DNA of 62,000 bases, taken from Octopus vulgaris. Its lineage: Eukaryota. Positions within the stretch are counted from its first letter, which is position 1; the number at the start of each line of letters is the position of its first letter. Positions 23,971 to 36,840 of this stretch are shown piece by piece. The stretch spans positions 102,382,001 through 102,444,000 of the forward strand of contig OX597821.1 in the NCBI GenBank assembly GCA_951406725.2, read 5' to 3'. Made by a program: the position numbers and the translations under genes. Under the pieces are notes generated by a model. That model was given only the letters and a program-made list of their open reading frames with translations, made no database searches and was not told the DNA's origin.

Positions 23971-24374
23971 AGAACTTATCTGCAGCTCTTGGTGGTCCAA
24001 ATGGATATGCAATCTATGCAGATGTCTTTTCAAAACATTGCCTGGTTTAAAAAGCCACATCAGATGCCATAATGGTTCTAAGGTGTAGGTACATGAGGTG
24101 GCCAAACTCTGCATGAAGAGTAGACAACCACCATATATATATACATACATGAGTATGTGTGTGTGTATATATATAAATAAATATACACACATATATCTAT
24201 ATATATACACACACACACACATGTATGTGTACACATATATAGGTATTTTGGTGGAAACACGAAACATAGAACTCAAAATATGAGTATATGTATATTTATA
24301 TTAATATTTAGCAGAAGCAACAGAGACACTCAAAGGGTGAGAGTTTTTCGCGGTCGCACCTCAGACCTTGAGTC

Positions 24375-24655
24375 TCACTGCATGGCACCTTGGGCAAGTG
24401 TCTTCTGCTATAGCCTCAGGCTGACCAAAGCCTTGTGAGTGGATTTGGTAGATTGAAACTGAAAGAAACCCGTCGTATATATGTGTGTGTGTGTTTGTCC
24501 CCCTTACCATTGCCTGACAACTGATGCTGGTGTCTTTATGTCCCCATAACTTAGAATAAGTACTAGGCTTACAAAGAATAAGTCCTGGGGTTGATTTGCT
24601 TGACTAAAGATGGTGCTCCAGTCAAATGACTAAAACAAGTAAAAAAATAAAAGAA
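24375..24655 (+). mobile_element. SINE family B
   Basis: Family B body and tail. Confidence 0.85.
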
Positions 24656-25738
24656 TAAATATATAATTTTGGTATCGAATAAATTTAAGCATCTAGGTCA
24701 CAATCACAATAGTTTGGTTGTCCCAACTATACATCTTTTATTGATATTTTATAATATTATAAATATGCAGTCATACATAATGTATGATATTATACCATAA
24801 TTATTGCTGGTATACTTATTGTATTGTATACAAGAGTTGCCAAATTACAAATAACAGCAATATTAGAAGACAGGTTAGGTAAATGTTACTTTTTGATGTC
24901 GTTTGTTCAGTTCTAGGTTGGTTTTGTTCTTAATGCAGCTGGTACCTCCCCCCGGAGGGGGGGGGGCATGTCAATGGGGGACATTGAGGTAACACAATTG
25001 CATTGTGCATGATAAAACCAGTAATGGTTATTAAAATAAAATGAGATCTCATCAGGCACAGGGAAGTCATTAATTAGCAATGCATAAAATAATTTACAAT
25101 TTTTGTCTCTATTAAATTTTTCTCCATTTCACTGTTAAAAGCTATACAATCCATTTTTAGAGTAAAATTTATAAATTATTATCCATGTTAGTTGTTGATA
25201 CCTCACTATCTACTTAGGTGGGCACGAGGCATAACAACTACTTAAAGGGAGAGGGGGCAATACAAAAAAGTAAAAGAAAAAAGGCATAGGAGCAGCTGTG
25301 TGGCAAGTAGCTTGCTTACCAACCATATGTTGTCAACTTGTATTAGCTATTTAAGTAGGAGATTTTTATTCCACTAGACTTTGAAAGTATAATACTACAA
25401 GGACTGTACACAAGACATAGTCAGATGCTCTTCCAAGTGCCAACCTTTAGTTGTTATATGCCTGAAGTGCAGAGTATTTGTTCGCTGAATTAAACAATGG
25501 TTTTTGCTTAGATGGTTCCAAATGATGACACACTAGGTTGATATTTATGCTATGTTTCTCTCTCCCTCACTCAGCTAGCTTCCTTACACCTATAAAATAA
25601 ACTCCAAGGCATTGGTTGGCCTGGAGATAAAGCAGATGACATTAGCCCAATGTGCCACACAGTGGGACTGAACCTGAAATCATGTGGTTGCAAAGTGAAT
25701 TTCAGAACCACCAAAGACACATTATGTGTGTGTGCATG

Positions 25739-25775
<37 letters not shown>

Positions 25776-25880
25776 ATTGAAAAATAGGATAAAATCTTTA
25801 TAAGAATTTATAAAGTAGTTAGCGTGAAAAATCTCATATGGGAAAAATCCATCAATTATTCCTCTTAAATATATTTTTTT

Positions 25881-26005
25881 ATATTAAGGGCTTTACTATA
25901 CATAAATGCCTCACGCTAGGAGGGACTCTTACAGTCCTATAGTAGTTTTGACTGTAAGAGTCCCTCCTAGTGTGAGGTATTTATGTATAGTAATGCCCTT
26001 AATAT
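25881..26005. repeat. 56-bp-arm inverted repeat (hairpin), 13-nt loop
   Basis: Arms 25881-25936 and 25950-26005 differ at 3 positions; two of these are G-T pairs on the + strand. Confidence 0.95.
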
Positions 26006-26153
26006 ATATATAGTTCAAAGACAATGACAGGTGTAGGAGCAACAAGCAAGTGTATTAGTTCTACCAATTGAAAAGAATTTATGTGTGTGTATATATAAAT
26101 ACATATATACACATATATGTATTGCTCATTAATTTGTTTTATGTCTATATATA

Positions 26154-26388
26154 CAGGGTGGTCCAAAAGTAGGCTTACAGTTATTCAACTATCTCTTTTG
26201 CATTCGTATATAAACACTTTAGATCTTAATTATAACAAAATATGAAACCATTATTCTATGCTAATTTAGTTAATTTTGTCAAGCTCCCTTTTCAGTTTGT
26301 AAGATAGAAATTTAAATGTAATAAAATGTTTTAAAAGAAATTTAAAGTGCCTACATGATAACTGTAAACCTACTTTTGGGCCACCCTG
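26154..26388. mobile_element. Tc1/mariner-type MITE
   Basis: 29-bp TIRs cagggtggtccaaaagtaggcttacagtt / aactgtaaacctacttttgggccaccctg (2 mismatches); TA at the left junction. Confidence 0.9.
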
Positions 26389-26989
26389 TGTGTGTATGTG
26401 TGTGCATATATATATATATATGGTATTAAAAGGGAAAACTATCGTGGCAGATACGGTATTATCTCACAAAATGGTATAGCTGCCGGCTATTCACAATGGT
26501 CCAATTACATAGCGCTCAAGCTTAAAAGAGATGCTAGTACTGGTAGTTCCGTGTTGGTTAGTTCCAGGTTCCTATTCATAACTGCAAATATTTTTTGGAG
26601 TATGTAATTGATAACGAAGAGGAGAGTGGAGATTTATTCACATCCAAAATGTTTTCTGCAATATATATAACACCCAACTACATGTATTTTGACTGCAGTG
26701 ACTGCACATTGCTGTCATGAGTGATGGACCCTTAATGAAAATGCAGTGACTAAGATGCATAATGGCAGTCGAAACATATGTAGGTCAGTGTTATATATGC
26801 TGTAGAAACCTTTTTAATAAAAAATTTGGGGATGGAAATAAATCTCTCTCTTCTTCATTATCAATTATATATATACACATGTGTGTGTGTATATATATAT
26901 ATATATAAATAATATATAAATATATACACAAATACATACATATATGTACCTACCTACATCTATATGTATATATACATGCATATATGGGT

Positions 26990-27260
26990 ACAAGACACCA
27001 AAAAAAACGTTGAACAAAATGAGAAACGAAAACATGGAAATGAACTATTTTTCAAACAACAAAAGAACAGAGTACAAGACGTACAACACAAAGAATATTC
27101 CCCTTCTTCAGTTGTCCGTGTTTTGTCTACTCTGCGTTTCGAAGGTAAGGACAAGACGCGACCTTGTTGAAACAGTCCTTCCCGCAAAGCAAATTAAATA
27201 AAATTTGGGATTTTTGTGGAGGGGTAAAAGTGGTAACAAGAACAGGGCAGTAAGAACAAA
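26990..27260 (-). mobile_element. Probable Penelope-type terminal-repeat fragment, second family
   Basis: Adjacent to (TA)n; contains CTGAAGA and ACGTC on the minus strand; family assignment is inference. Confidence 0.4.
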
Positions 27261-27861
27261 ACAACATATATCATCATTATCATCCTTTAATGTCCATTTT
27301 CCATGCTGGCATGGGTTGCATATATGCATGAACATGAACACACACACACAAGGCCAAGCTAACATTGAAGCTTGATGCAGTCCTCCAGCTTGCTGGGCCC
27401 TGTCAAACCATCCAATCCATTGCACTGGAGTGTATTTGATTTTGCACACACACACATTGTGTGTGGTTGCGTATTTACATATACACAATCCACATAGACA
27501 GAAAATATGCTTCATTCAATAACAATATATCTAAGACTTCCGAGAGAATATATACAGTCCAGGTTTCATAAACCATTTAAGTAGCAAGACTAAGTATTAT
27601 TTTCTGGTTTATACAGTGAAATAGTATCTAATAACACTTACATTAACACCATCCATTCACATGTGTAAAATGTATGAAGTTTGAATGATTCTCTCCACCT
27701 CCCATCATGGGATCAAATTATTATATTTTTCTTATTAGCAAAGCAATCTCAAGGCCAGCAGTTTCTAACATTTCTGCGATTTAGTCATGTACAGCATAAG
27801 ATATGTGATACACTTATTGATAAACAGTACCAAATGGGATACTTGACTTTTAGCATTATTT

Positions 27862-28209
27862 GAACCAATGGGCCTCAACTGAGGTCCGTAAAAGATTTTG
27901 TGGTGGGGTTGACGCAATAAAATATTAAATTGGGGCCCTACAATGGTATTTTAAAGACCCCTAAAAAATTTTTTCTTTAGATGTATTCATTGGTATGTAT
28001 TGCAAGAAACAGCCAAATTTCTTTCTCTAACATTTTACATAGTTCAACCTGTACAAGTTAATGTGTGAAAATTAAAACAGGAATTTTGAAAGAAGTTTAT
28101 ATAAGACTAATTTTTAAATACTGAATGACTATGGGGGGGGGGGGGTCCACCAGAATAATATAGTAACCAAAAGGGGTCCATAGATAAAAAAAATGGTTGA
28201 GAACCCCTG
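27862..28209. mobile_element. hAT (Charlie-like) MITE, left end decayed
   Basis: Right terminus ggttgagaacccctg; ggggtcc subterminal motifs. Confidence 0.7.
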
Positions 28210-28224
28210 ATTTAAATCAATCAT

Positions 28225-28430
28225 ATCAGGCATCAATAGTCTCCCTGTTTTATCCCTGCAAACCAGCAAGATCTGACCTCCCACACCTACCCTTCAGTAT
28301 CATTTTGAAAATAAGCAGTCCCATTGTTGAAATCTGAAAATTACAAGATAATGCATGATAAATGGAAAACTGTGTGAATAAAAAAGTGTTATACTTGACA
28401 GAGTAATCTGAATACTAAAGAGTTAAAAGT
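28225..28430 (-). mobile_element. piggyBac-type MITE (same family as 43966-44185), decayed
   Basis: cacacctaccct...gtaatctgaatactaaagagttaa. Confidence 0.65.
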
Positions 28431-28689
28431 TAAAAACTCATGCTATCTTAGTTGGAAATCACTTCCCTGTATGGTTGTACAATGAACTAGAATTAGCATC
28501 CAAAGTTACCTCATGTGATGCTCTGATTTAAAGAAGAGATGTTCATGGTTTGAAAGCCTTTGTTCATATGCCTGCTAAATTCAGGGAAATGACATATACA
28601 TACACAAGCATTCAAGCATGTCTACATATACACACACACTCATAGTTCCACAAGTAAGTTTACATGTATATGCGCACACACACACATTC

Positions 28690-28990
28690 TTTTATTATGT
28701 TACTTGTCTCAGTCATTTGACTGCAGCCATGCTGGAGCACTGCCTTGTAAGGTTTCGTTTAGACGAATAGACCAACCCCAGGATTTATTTTGTCGGCCTT
28801 ATTTTGCTGAATTACTAAGTTATGGGGATGTAAACACACCAATGTCAGTTGTTAAGCAGTGGTGGTAGACACACACGCACGATGGACTTCTTTCAGTTTC
28901 TGCCTACCAAATCCACTTACAAGACTTTTGTTGGCCTGAGGCCATAGTAGAAGACACTGACCCGGGGTGCCACAGTGGGACTGAACTTGT
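28690..28990 (-). mobile_element. SINE family B
   Basis: Family B sequence reversed. Confidence 0.8.
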
Positions 28991-29360
28991 GCCTATATAT
29001 CTATATCTATATATATATATATATATATATATAGGCAGGCATATACATATTTATATGTGTTTGTGTATGTATGTCTCTAGTGGCTCAACCTGTTAGAAAC
29101 AGGAACTAAACCGCATTCAAATCACATCTAAGCGCCTAAAAAAAGGGAAGGGCACATTAAATGCGATAGTATTAGTATATGTGAAAAGAGCGGATAGTTA
29201 AAACTGGAGTGCCTTTAATCTTAAGAGCTTGCTCAGTGAGGGAGTGTTTTGTTTTTATTCCACTACGTCAAGGGTGCAGAACTATGGGAATGTAAACAGC
29301 TGACAACATTATTTTTCACTCAAACCATCTCATACACAAAGCACAAATGACAACTTTAAT

Positions 29361-29429
<69 letters not shown>

Positions 29430-29430
<1 letters not shown>

Positions 29431-29812
29431 GTAGGAGTGGCTGTGTGGTGAGTAGCTTGCTTATGAACCACATGGTTCTGGGTTCAGTCCCACTGTGTGG
29501 CACCTTGGGCAAGTGTCTTCTACTATAGCCTTGGGCCGACCAAAGCCTTCTGAGTGGATTTGGTAGACGGAAATTTAAAAAAAGCCTGTCGTATATGTAT
29601 ATATATATATGTGTGTGTATATGTTTGTCCCCCCAACATTGCTTGACAACCAATGCTGGTGTGTTTACGTCCCCGTAACTTAGTGGTTCGGCAAAAGAGA
29701 CTGATAGAATAAGTACTAGGCTTACAAAGAATAAGTCCTGGGGTCGATTTGCTCGACTAAAGGTGGTGCTCCAGCATGGCCACAGTCAAATGACTGAAGC
29801 AAGTAACAGAGA
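29430..29812 (+). mobile_element. SINE family B, full length, low divergence
   Basis: gtaggagtggctgtgtgg...ggggtcgatttgctcgactaaagg... Confidence 0.92.
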
Positions 29813-30149
29813 ATATATATATATATCATCATCATTTAAATGTCCATGCTGGTATGGGTTGGATGGTTTGACAGGGTTTCTATGAGTGGATGCCCTCCCT
29901 AGCACCAACCACTTTACAGAGTGTGCTGAGAGCTTTTATGTGTGCCTTACTTGGTGCTGCATGTGCATTTTTATGTGGCACTGCACAGGTGCTTCTATGT
30001 GATGCCGCATGGGTCTTCTTGAGTATAGCAAGGCACCATGTATCTCAGTCCTTTGTCATCTCACTTAAAAGGTTCAGCTCCTTGAGGTCATTCTTCAGTA
30101 CTTGCATATATCATCATCGTTTAACGTCCGCTTTCCATGCTAGCATGGG

Positions 30150-30187
<38 letters not shown>

Positions 30188-30191
<4 letters not shown>

Positions 30192-30370
30192 AGAGTTTAC
30201 GAAAAACAAAAGACGAAGACAGGTGGTGTACAAAACAAACAGATGTATTAGTATAACGCTCAGGAATAGAAAAAGTCTTTTAGGTTTCGAGCCTATGCTC
30301 TTCTACAGAAAGGGACACAGAAAAAACAAGGAGAAAAAAATGTGTGTAGTGGCTAACAACCTATCATGAT

Positions 30371-30372
<2 letters not shown>
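30188..30372 (-). mobile_element. Penelope-associated terminal fragment flanked by (TA)n-rich microsatellite on both sides
   Basis: 30295-30370 aligns with window bases 1-80 at the end of the Penelope element. Confidence 0.75.
30276..30313 (-). ncRNA. Minimal hammerhead-ribozyme-like motif, non-canonical/degenerate core
   Basis: UCCCUUU-CUGUAGA-A-GAGC(AUAG)GCUC-GAAA-C-CUA-AAAGA. Confidence 0.55.
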
Positions 30373-30439
<67 letters not shown>

Positions 30440-33419
30440 TGCACACACACAACAGGCTTGTAAGCATTTTCTAATTACCAGTTTTATTCACAAGGTACCA
30501 GTCAGGCTAAGGCAATAGTAGAAGACATTTGCCCAATGTATTATGCAGTGTAACTGAACCTAGGACCATGGTGGTTGTGAAACAAATTTAACTACTAAGT
30601 CACATCTGCACCTGAAACTAAAGGATGTGCTCACAATGCCTTCATTTTCTAAGCAGATATCCACAGGCTCAATATTGTGTAACTCTGGGGATCAGAGGGG
30701 AACCACTGTTTTAAATGCAATAAAGCTATTTTGCGTGTGTGTGTGTGTGTGTGTATTGAGTTCAGTCCCATTGAATGGCATATTGAGCAAGTGTCTTCTA
30801 CTACAGCCTTGGGCTGACCAAAACTTTGTGAGTACATTTGATAGATGGAAACTGGTTGATATGAGTCTTCCATCACTGCATGATAACCTATGTTGGTGTA
30901 TTTATGTCCTGTAACTTAGCAGTTTGGTCAAAGGAACCAATAGAATGAGTACTGGAGTTGATTCATTTGACTAAAAATTCAAGGTGATACCCCAGCACAG
31001 CTGCTGTCTAATGATTAAAATAAATAAAAACATAAAAGATATGTACAAATCTGAACATATTGAGCATTGTTAATGTATAGAACATTATATAATGAAATCA
31101 AAAAAAAAATTTTTTAATAATAACATATATATTTATGTTATAAGAATTTAGATACTTCAAGAGATATGAAGTAAATTATTTTTAAAATAACGTATTTTCT
31201 TAGACACTCACAAGAAAATGAGTATTTAAAATACCATATAAAATAAATTAATGAGATTATCTCTGCTTCAAGAGATAGAATAATTACTTGTTTGCAACTA
31301 GGACCAAACCCAAATGAGAAGGAAAGAGAAACAAAAATTCTCCAAAACTGACATGCTATTAATAAAAAAACAAAAACAAAAGTCTGATATCCTGGAAACA
31401 AGAGGACAGTTGTGGCGATGCAATTTTGCCTAATTAGGTAAATCAGCATGGAACAGTTGCTCAATCTTATCTGCAGCAGATGGGGGATTCAGATATATAA
31501 AAAAAACAAAAGGCTCAGTAATTTGCATAAATGAAACAAAAGTGAGCTGAGAGAAATAATGCAAAGTGGTTAATGGGATGTGTTGGGGGTGACTAACTAA
31601 GACTGAAGAATATTCTATCAGGAAGTATCATAAAGCTGTTTTTTAAAATATTTAAATAACAAGAGTGTAATGAAGAGTGTAATGCAGTTTAAGTGGGTTT
31701 TATAAAAAAGAGGTATTTCAACAAATTCAAACAATAAACAAAAATTTTCAAAGCAAGTCCTAATTTAGTGATGCTACTGAAATCAGAAATAGGAGATTAT
31801 TTCAGAGTTAACCCTTTCAGTTCTAATCTCTAATTCTTTGAGATGGAACTGATCATTTTAAAGTATTCATCACCATCATAATTTAATGTCTGTTTTCCAT
31901 GCTGTAATGGGTTGGATGGTTTGATGGGAGTTGTGGCGAGCCAGAGGACTTGCACCAAACTCCAATGTGGGTTTGGCATGGTTTCTATGACTGGATATCT
32001 TTCCTAATGCCAACAACTTTACAGAATGTTGTATGAGGTACTTTTCATGTGGAAGTGGCTCAAGTGAGATCACCAAGTAGCTTGTGAGACCCCACTCAAC
32101 TGACAAACAGGGCAGTAGTATTGCGGGAGATGGCTTTGTGCCAGGGGATGAGAGGTTTATGAATGATAGAGCAGGGGCCGGTGAAATGGGGTAAAATACC
32201 GCAAGTGGGGTAAAAATGAAATTCTTGGGGATAATGACTCATTAAACATAAGTAAAATTATATAAAAAAACATGTTCCTTGTTATGACGGAAATTTTTCT
32301 TCTGGCATGAAGAGGCAGTCAAAGAGTTGCTGACTTTTGCAAACAAGGATTCTCTACTCTAATGAACATAAAAACAAAGCAGAGAAATCGATTGGACCCC
32401 AAAGACTGTATCCAAATTGCTCCAGCATCAAAATGCCCCAATTTTACATAATTGTAACAAAAATGAAACATCATTTCTCCAAAACCTGAAGTGAAAATGT
32501 TTCTAGAAAAATCCTTTTGTTTCGTAATGAGGATATCAATTTATTTTATTGCATTTGTTTTATACTTTTTATATTTATAATTGTATTCTCCATATAAATA
32601 GATTCAATAAACATTTTGAATTCAAAGAATCTATGACATTTTCCCTTTCAAATCAAGGGGGTAATGTTGGGGTATTTGGTTAAAAAAACGTTCCCTGACA
32701 GGTGTCTTGCTGGAGAGGAGATACATGGCTATCCCAGTTGGAAAAAAAAGAGAGAGAGAGAGATGGCAGTGAAGATGTGTCATTGTGTACCCTCAAGTAA
32801 CAGGGAAGTGAATATAAGTGGTACTGAACAGGGTGAGCGGGTAAGTTTACGAAAATATGAAAGGAGAGTGGCAGCTGGATAGAGATTAAACAAGTGAAGG
32901 AATGCAATGGGTGGGCATTAAGGAGTTGTAAGCAGGATGGATGTTAGAAAGATGAATTATTGGGAAGAGATTCATTAGGGACAGAATTTGTGCAGGGGCA
33001 CATACATAAAACAAATATGTTATATACAACACAATGTGTATTAGAAAATGTAATTAGTTTGGAATTTTGTGTAGTTAAGAAGTTCACTTTTCAACGATAT
33101 AATTTTGGGATATGTGCCAACCAAACCACACAACATTTTGCACAAGTGTCTTCTAATTACAGCACTGCACTGATCAAAGCCTTGAGAGTGGATATGATAG
33201 AAACTGACAGAAGCTGGTCATATATACATATGTGTGTGTGTGTGTATATATATATATAGATATGCATCCATATATATGCTTGTGTATATGTGTATTCCAC
33301 ATTTCATATCGTAAAAACCTTGATAGTCCAACCTATGCCATCAGGGAAAACAGACATTAAAGGATGCTGCTGCTGATGTATATATATTTATATAACAGAA
33401 CATGAGAACCAATGAGAAC

Positions 33420-33818
33420 ATCAGACGGTACCATTAATTTCCAACAAAAAAGTGCATGTGTGCACGTATTATGTTGCAGCCTCCCACCTCATACGATCTG
33501 CTGCATGTACTGGTACGGATATGTCCCCTACCTCCAGCCAGATCATCCTACCAGGGCCTCACTTTCATTCAACAGAATGGGTGTGGGCTGGAAGGGGCTC
33601 CTGTGGCAGGCCCCACACTAGATGGCTGGATGTGATTAAGGAAGATCTCCAGAGGCTTGATGTTGTCTTGGAGGATGCAGAGGGGCTGGTACAGGGCCAC
33701 CAGCAATGGGAAGCACTGGTGGACTTGGTTGGATCTTCATACAATGATGCCTCTGGGATCACTAATCTGGGATGACTGACCCCCAGCTCCAAGATCAAGA
33801 GCATGAAGCAAGCAAGTA
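33420..33818 (+). mobile_element. RTE-clade LINE 3' fragment
   Basis: WYGYVPYLQPDHPTRA / GRPHTRWLDVIKEDLQRL...QQWEALVDLVGS; ends in aagcaagcaag. Confidence 0.85.
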
Positions 33819-34497
33819 TATATATATATAACTGGTTTACTCAATCAATCCACTGACTGGTTGAGAAAAACTGAATGACCCTAAAGAACTAACGCTATCC
33901 TCGTCAGAGTCAAAGTATACTGGATGGCTTAGCTTAGCCAATCTATTTTCCTGTCTATATGTAAGCTTTTATTCTTTTACTTCTTTCATTCATTTGACTG
34001 TGGCCATGCTGAAGCACCACCTTGAAGGATTTTAGTCAAACAAATCAACCCCAGGACTTATTTTTTTAAAGCCTAGCACTTATTCTATTATTCTCTTTTG
34101 TTGAACCACTAAGTTACAGGGACATAAACATACCAACAACAGGTGTCAAGAGGTGATGAGGGGACAAATACAGACACAAAGACACACACACATATATACA
34201 TGACGGGCTTCTTTCAGTTTCCATCTACTAAATCCACTCACAAGGCTTTGGTATATGTGTGTATGTGTATATATATTGACGTATATTAAGGTTCTGGAAG
34301 GGTAGAATGAAGGGGTATTTCCAATGCAACACTCAACCAAAGCTTGAGTCTATCTTCACTCTTGAACTGTAGACTCAAGTAAGATCGAATGGTGTTTAAA
34401 AAGTGAGTGGTACAGAAACAACTGTAACTGGTCATTAAAAATGGGTTAAACTCTTTGACTTATTTGGATTATGCACACATATATTGAATCAAATTTG

Positions 34498-34963
34498 ATG
34501 ACTGGCATCCGTGCTAGTGGAGCGCTAAGAGCTCCATCCAAGCGTGATCGTTGCCAGAGCAGCTAACTGGCTTCTGTGACAGTGGCACGTAAAAAGCACC
34601 ATTTGAGCATGATGTTACCAGCGTCGCCTTACTGGCACTTGTGCTGGTGGCACGTGAAAAAAAAACATTAAAGTGAGGTCGTTGCCAGTGCTGCTGGACT
34701 GGCTCCTGTGGAGGTGGCATGTAAAAAATACCATTTGAGTGTGGCTGTTGCCAGTACCGCTTGACTGGCCCTCATGCCGGTGCAACATAAAAGCACCCGC
34801 TACACTCAGAGTGGTTGGCGTTAGGAAGGGCATCCAACTGTAGAAACTATGCCAGATCAGAGATCAGATTGGAGCCTGGTGCAGTCATCTGGTTCGCCAG
34901 TCCACAGTCAAATCATCCAACCCATGCTAGCATGGAAAGTGGACGTTAAATGATGATGATGAT
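34498..34963 (+). mobile_element. RTE 3' UTR family C with VNTR
   Basis: Several aaaagcaccatttgag units; (GAT)n tail. Confidence 0.9.
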
Positions 34964-35026
34964 ATCGGTGTGTGTGTGTGTTTTTCTGTCTCTATAACCA
35001 TCACGAAATAGTTGTAAGCTAATAAG

Positions 35027-35240
35027 GCAGTGAGCTGGCAGAAACGTTAGCATGCTGGGCAAAATGCTTAGCAGTATTTCGTCTATCTTTACATTCTGAG
35101 TTCAAATTCTACTGAGGGCGACTTGCCTTTCATCCTGTCGGGGTCAATAAACTAAGTACCAGTTATATACTGGGGTCGATCTAATCAACTGGCCCCACTC
35201 CCCAAAACTTTCGGGCCTTGTGCCTAGAGTAGAAAAGAAT
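35027..35240 (+). mobile_element. SINE family A
   Basis: Family head and body. Confidence 0.88.
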
Positions 35241-36169
35241 AGTTGCAAACTAGCATTAACATTGTAAAAACAATGTCTTTTGTTTCCAATCTTCTGTGAA
35301 AATATTTCTTTGCTTAGAAGTAGGTGAGAGTTGATGACAAAAAGCATCCAGCCATAGAAAATATCAACAAATTCCATCTGACTCAGGGAAACATGGAAAA
35401 GTGGACATAAAAATAATGATAATGAAATACAGCACGTTTGTTTTCTTCTTCACACATTTTCATCTACATAGATAATAACAGCATGCATTTGTATCAGTTG
35501 TAAGTTTTACAGAGAAGGCTTTAAAAAATCTGTATTTCAACTGGAATAAATTTATCTTAGATTATCTATTTTCCACTTACGTAAGTAAATATCTTGCTGA
35601 GAGATGTAACACTATCCCAACAAATTACAGAACTTGTACTTATGAATGATATTTAAGCAAATCTCTACATCTTTAATCATTATGCATCTTGAGTGGTAGA
35701 TTTAAGTCATGTGTTATCAGCTATATGCTTTATAGAAAAGAAAGCCAAAATAAACAAAATTCATCACCAGATAAAACAAAGAAGTCTTTTACTAGATATA
35801 TGCTCTATAATATATAAAGCAGAATATGAAAGATAGTGTGTTGTTGCATGAAGGCTCATGTACTACTTAAGTATTAATTGCTTGACAAGCTGGTTCACTA
35901 CAGAAAACTTTTTGGGATTTTAGTGAAAGACAGATGAACCTAGCGTAGGTTCAATGACTATCTAACAACAACATGAGCCCTCAGAAATTCTGGGTTGGTG
36001 TCTGGTGTGCTGGAAGGCCACTATGAGTGAGGCATCCCTTAGTTTTAATTGAAGGAGGTCTCTAGAACCCGCTTCAAATCTGGGTTACATCTGCTCTGAT
36101 AATTGTTGGTAACTTGGTCTCTGCAATGGCCAACACTCGACAGCAAGATCACACTATTCCAAAGTGTGT

Positions 36170-36660
36170 GTGCATGTGATTAGGGACCACATGTGAACTT
36201 GTTGCTTGCGAAGACCTGTTGGGGCAAGTGAAATCGGAATCGAAATTGAACCAATCCAATGACTGGCACCCGGCAGTTGCCAGGACTGCTGGATTGACTC
36301 CTGTGCAGGTGGCAAGTGAAGAAACACCATTTCGACCCTGTGCTTGAGGAGATCCATTGAGTCAAGTACACCAACATCAAAATCAATGGAAACTGCAGTT
36401 GAGATCCCTGTGCCGGTGGCACGTAAAATGCACTAATCCGATCGTGGCCGTTGCCAGCCTCGTCTAGCACCTGTGCCGGTGGCACGTAAAAGCAACCCAC
36501 TACACTCACGGAGTGGTTGGTGTTAGGAAGGGCATCCAGCTGTAGAAACACTGCCAGATCAGACTGGAGCCTGGTGCAGCCTTCTGGCTTCCCAGATCCC
36601 CGGTCGAACCGTCCAACCCATGCTAGCATGGAGAACGGACGTTAAACGATGATGATGATG
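36170..36660 (+). mobile_element. RTE 3' UTR family C, low-divergence copy
   Basis: Near reverse complement of 15687-16160. Confidence 0.9.
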
Positions 36661-36780
36661 ACTGAAACTATGAAGATGAACTACTTGATGGTTGGAGCCA
36701 GCTCAACCTATTCTAGGCAAATGCCACTGCAAGTACAAGTAAGTATATGAGAATCTGTTAGGAAACATTTCACTACTTAC

Positions 36781-36840
36781 CATGTGAGGATTCTTTCAAG
36801 AAGTAACAAGTTAGAGATTCATTGTCGGTTGAAAGTTGTT
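36781..36840 (-). other. Candidate exon ending CACATG|gtaagt
   Basis: Consensus donor at 36780; candidate acceptors at ~36841 and ~36915 with pyrimidine tracts; the exon would end exactly in ATG. Confidence 0.3.

Noticed and set aside
28509-28572. Minus-strand open exon-like segment AYEQRLSNHEHLFFKSEHHM
   Set aside because: The sequence matches a diffuse repeat also seen near 14950, 23170-23290 and 29200.
32170-32700. Possible DNA transposon starting caggggccggtgaaatggggtaaaa
   Set aside because: It looks like a terminus, but I found no matching inverted end or TSD, so it is not called.
34354-34382. Short hairpin cttgagtcta...tagactcaag as a pre-miRNA
   Set aside because: The stem is too short (~10 bp plus weak extension) for a Drosha/Dicer substrate.
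35935-35953. 8-bp hairpin as a Helitron 3' end
   Set aside because: No CTRR-T terminus at the expected position and no matching 5' TC end.
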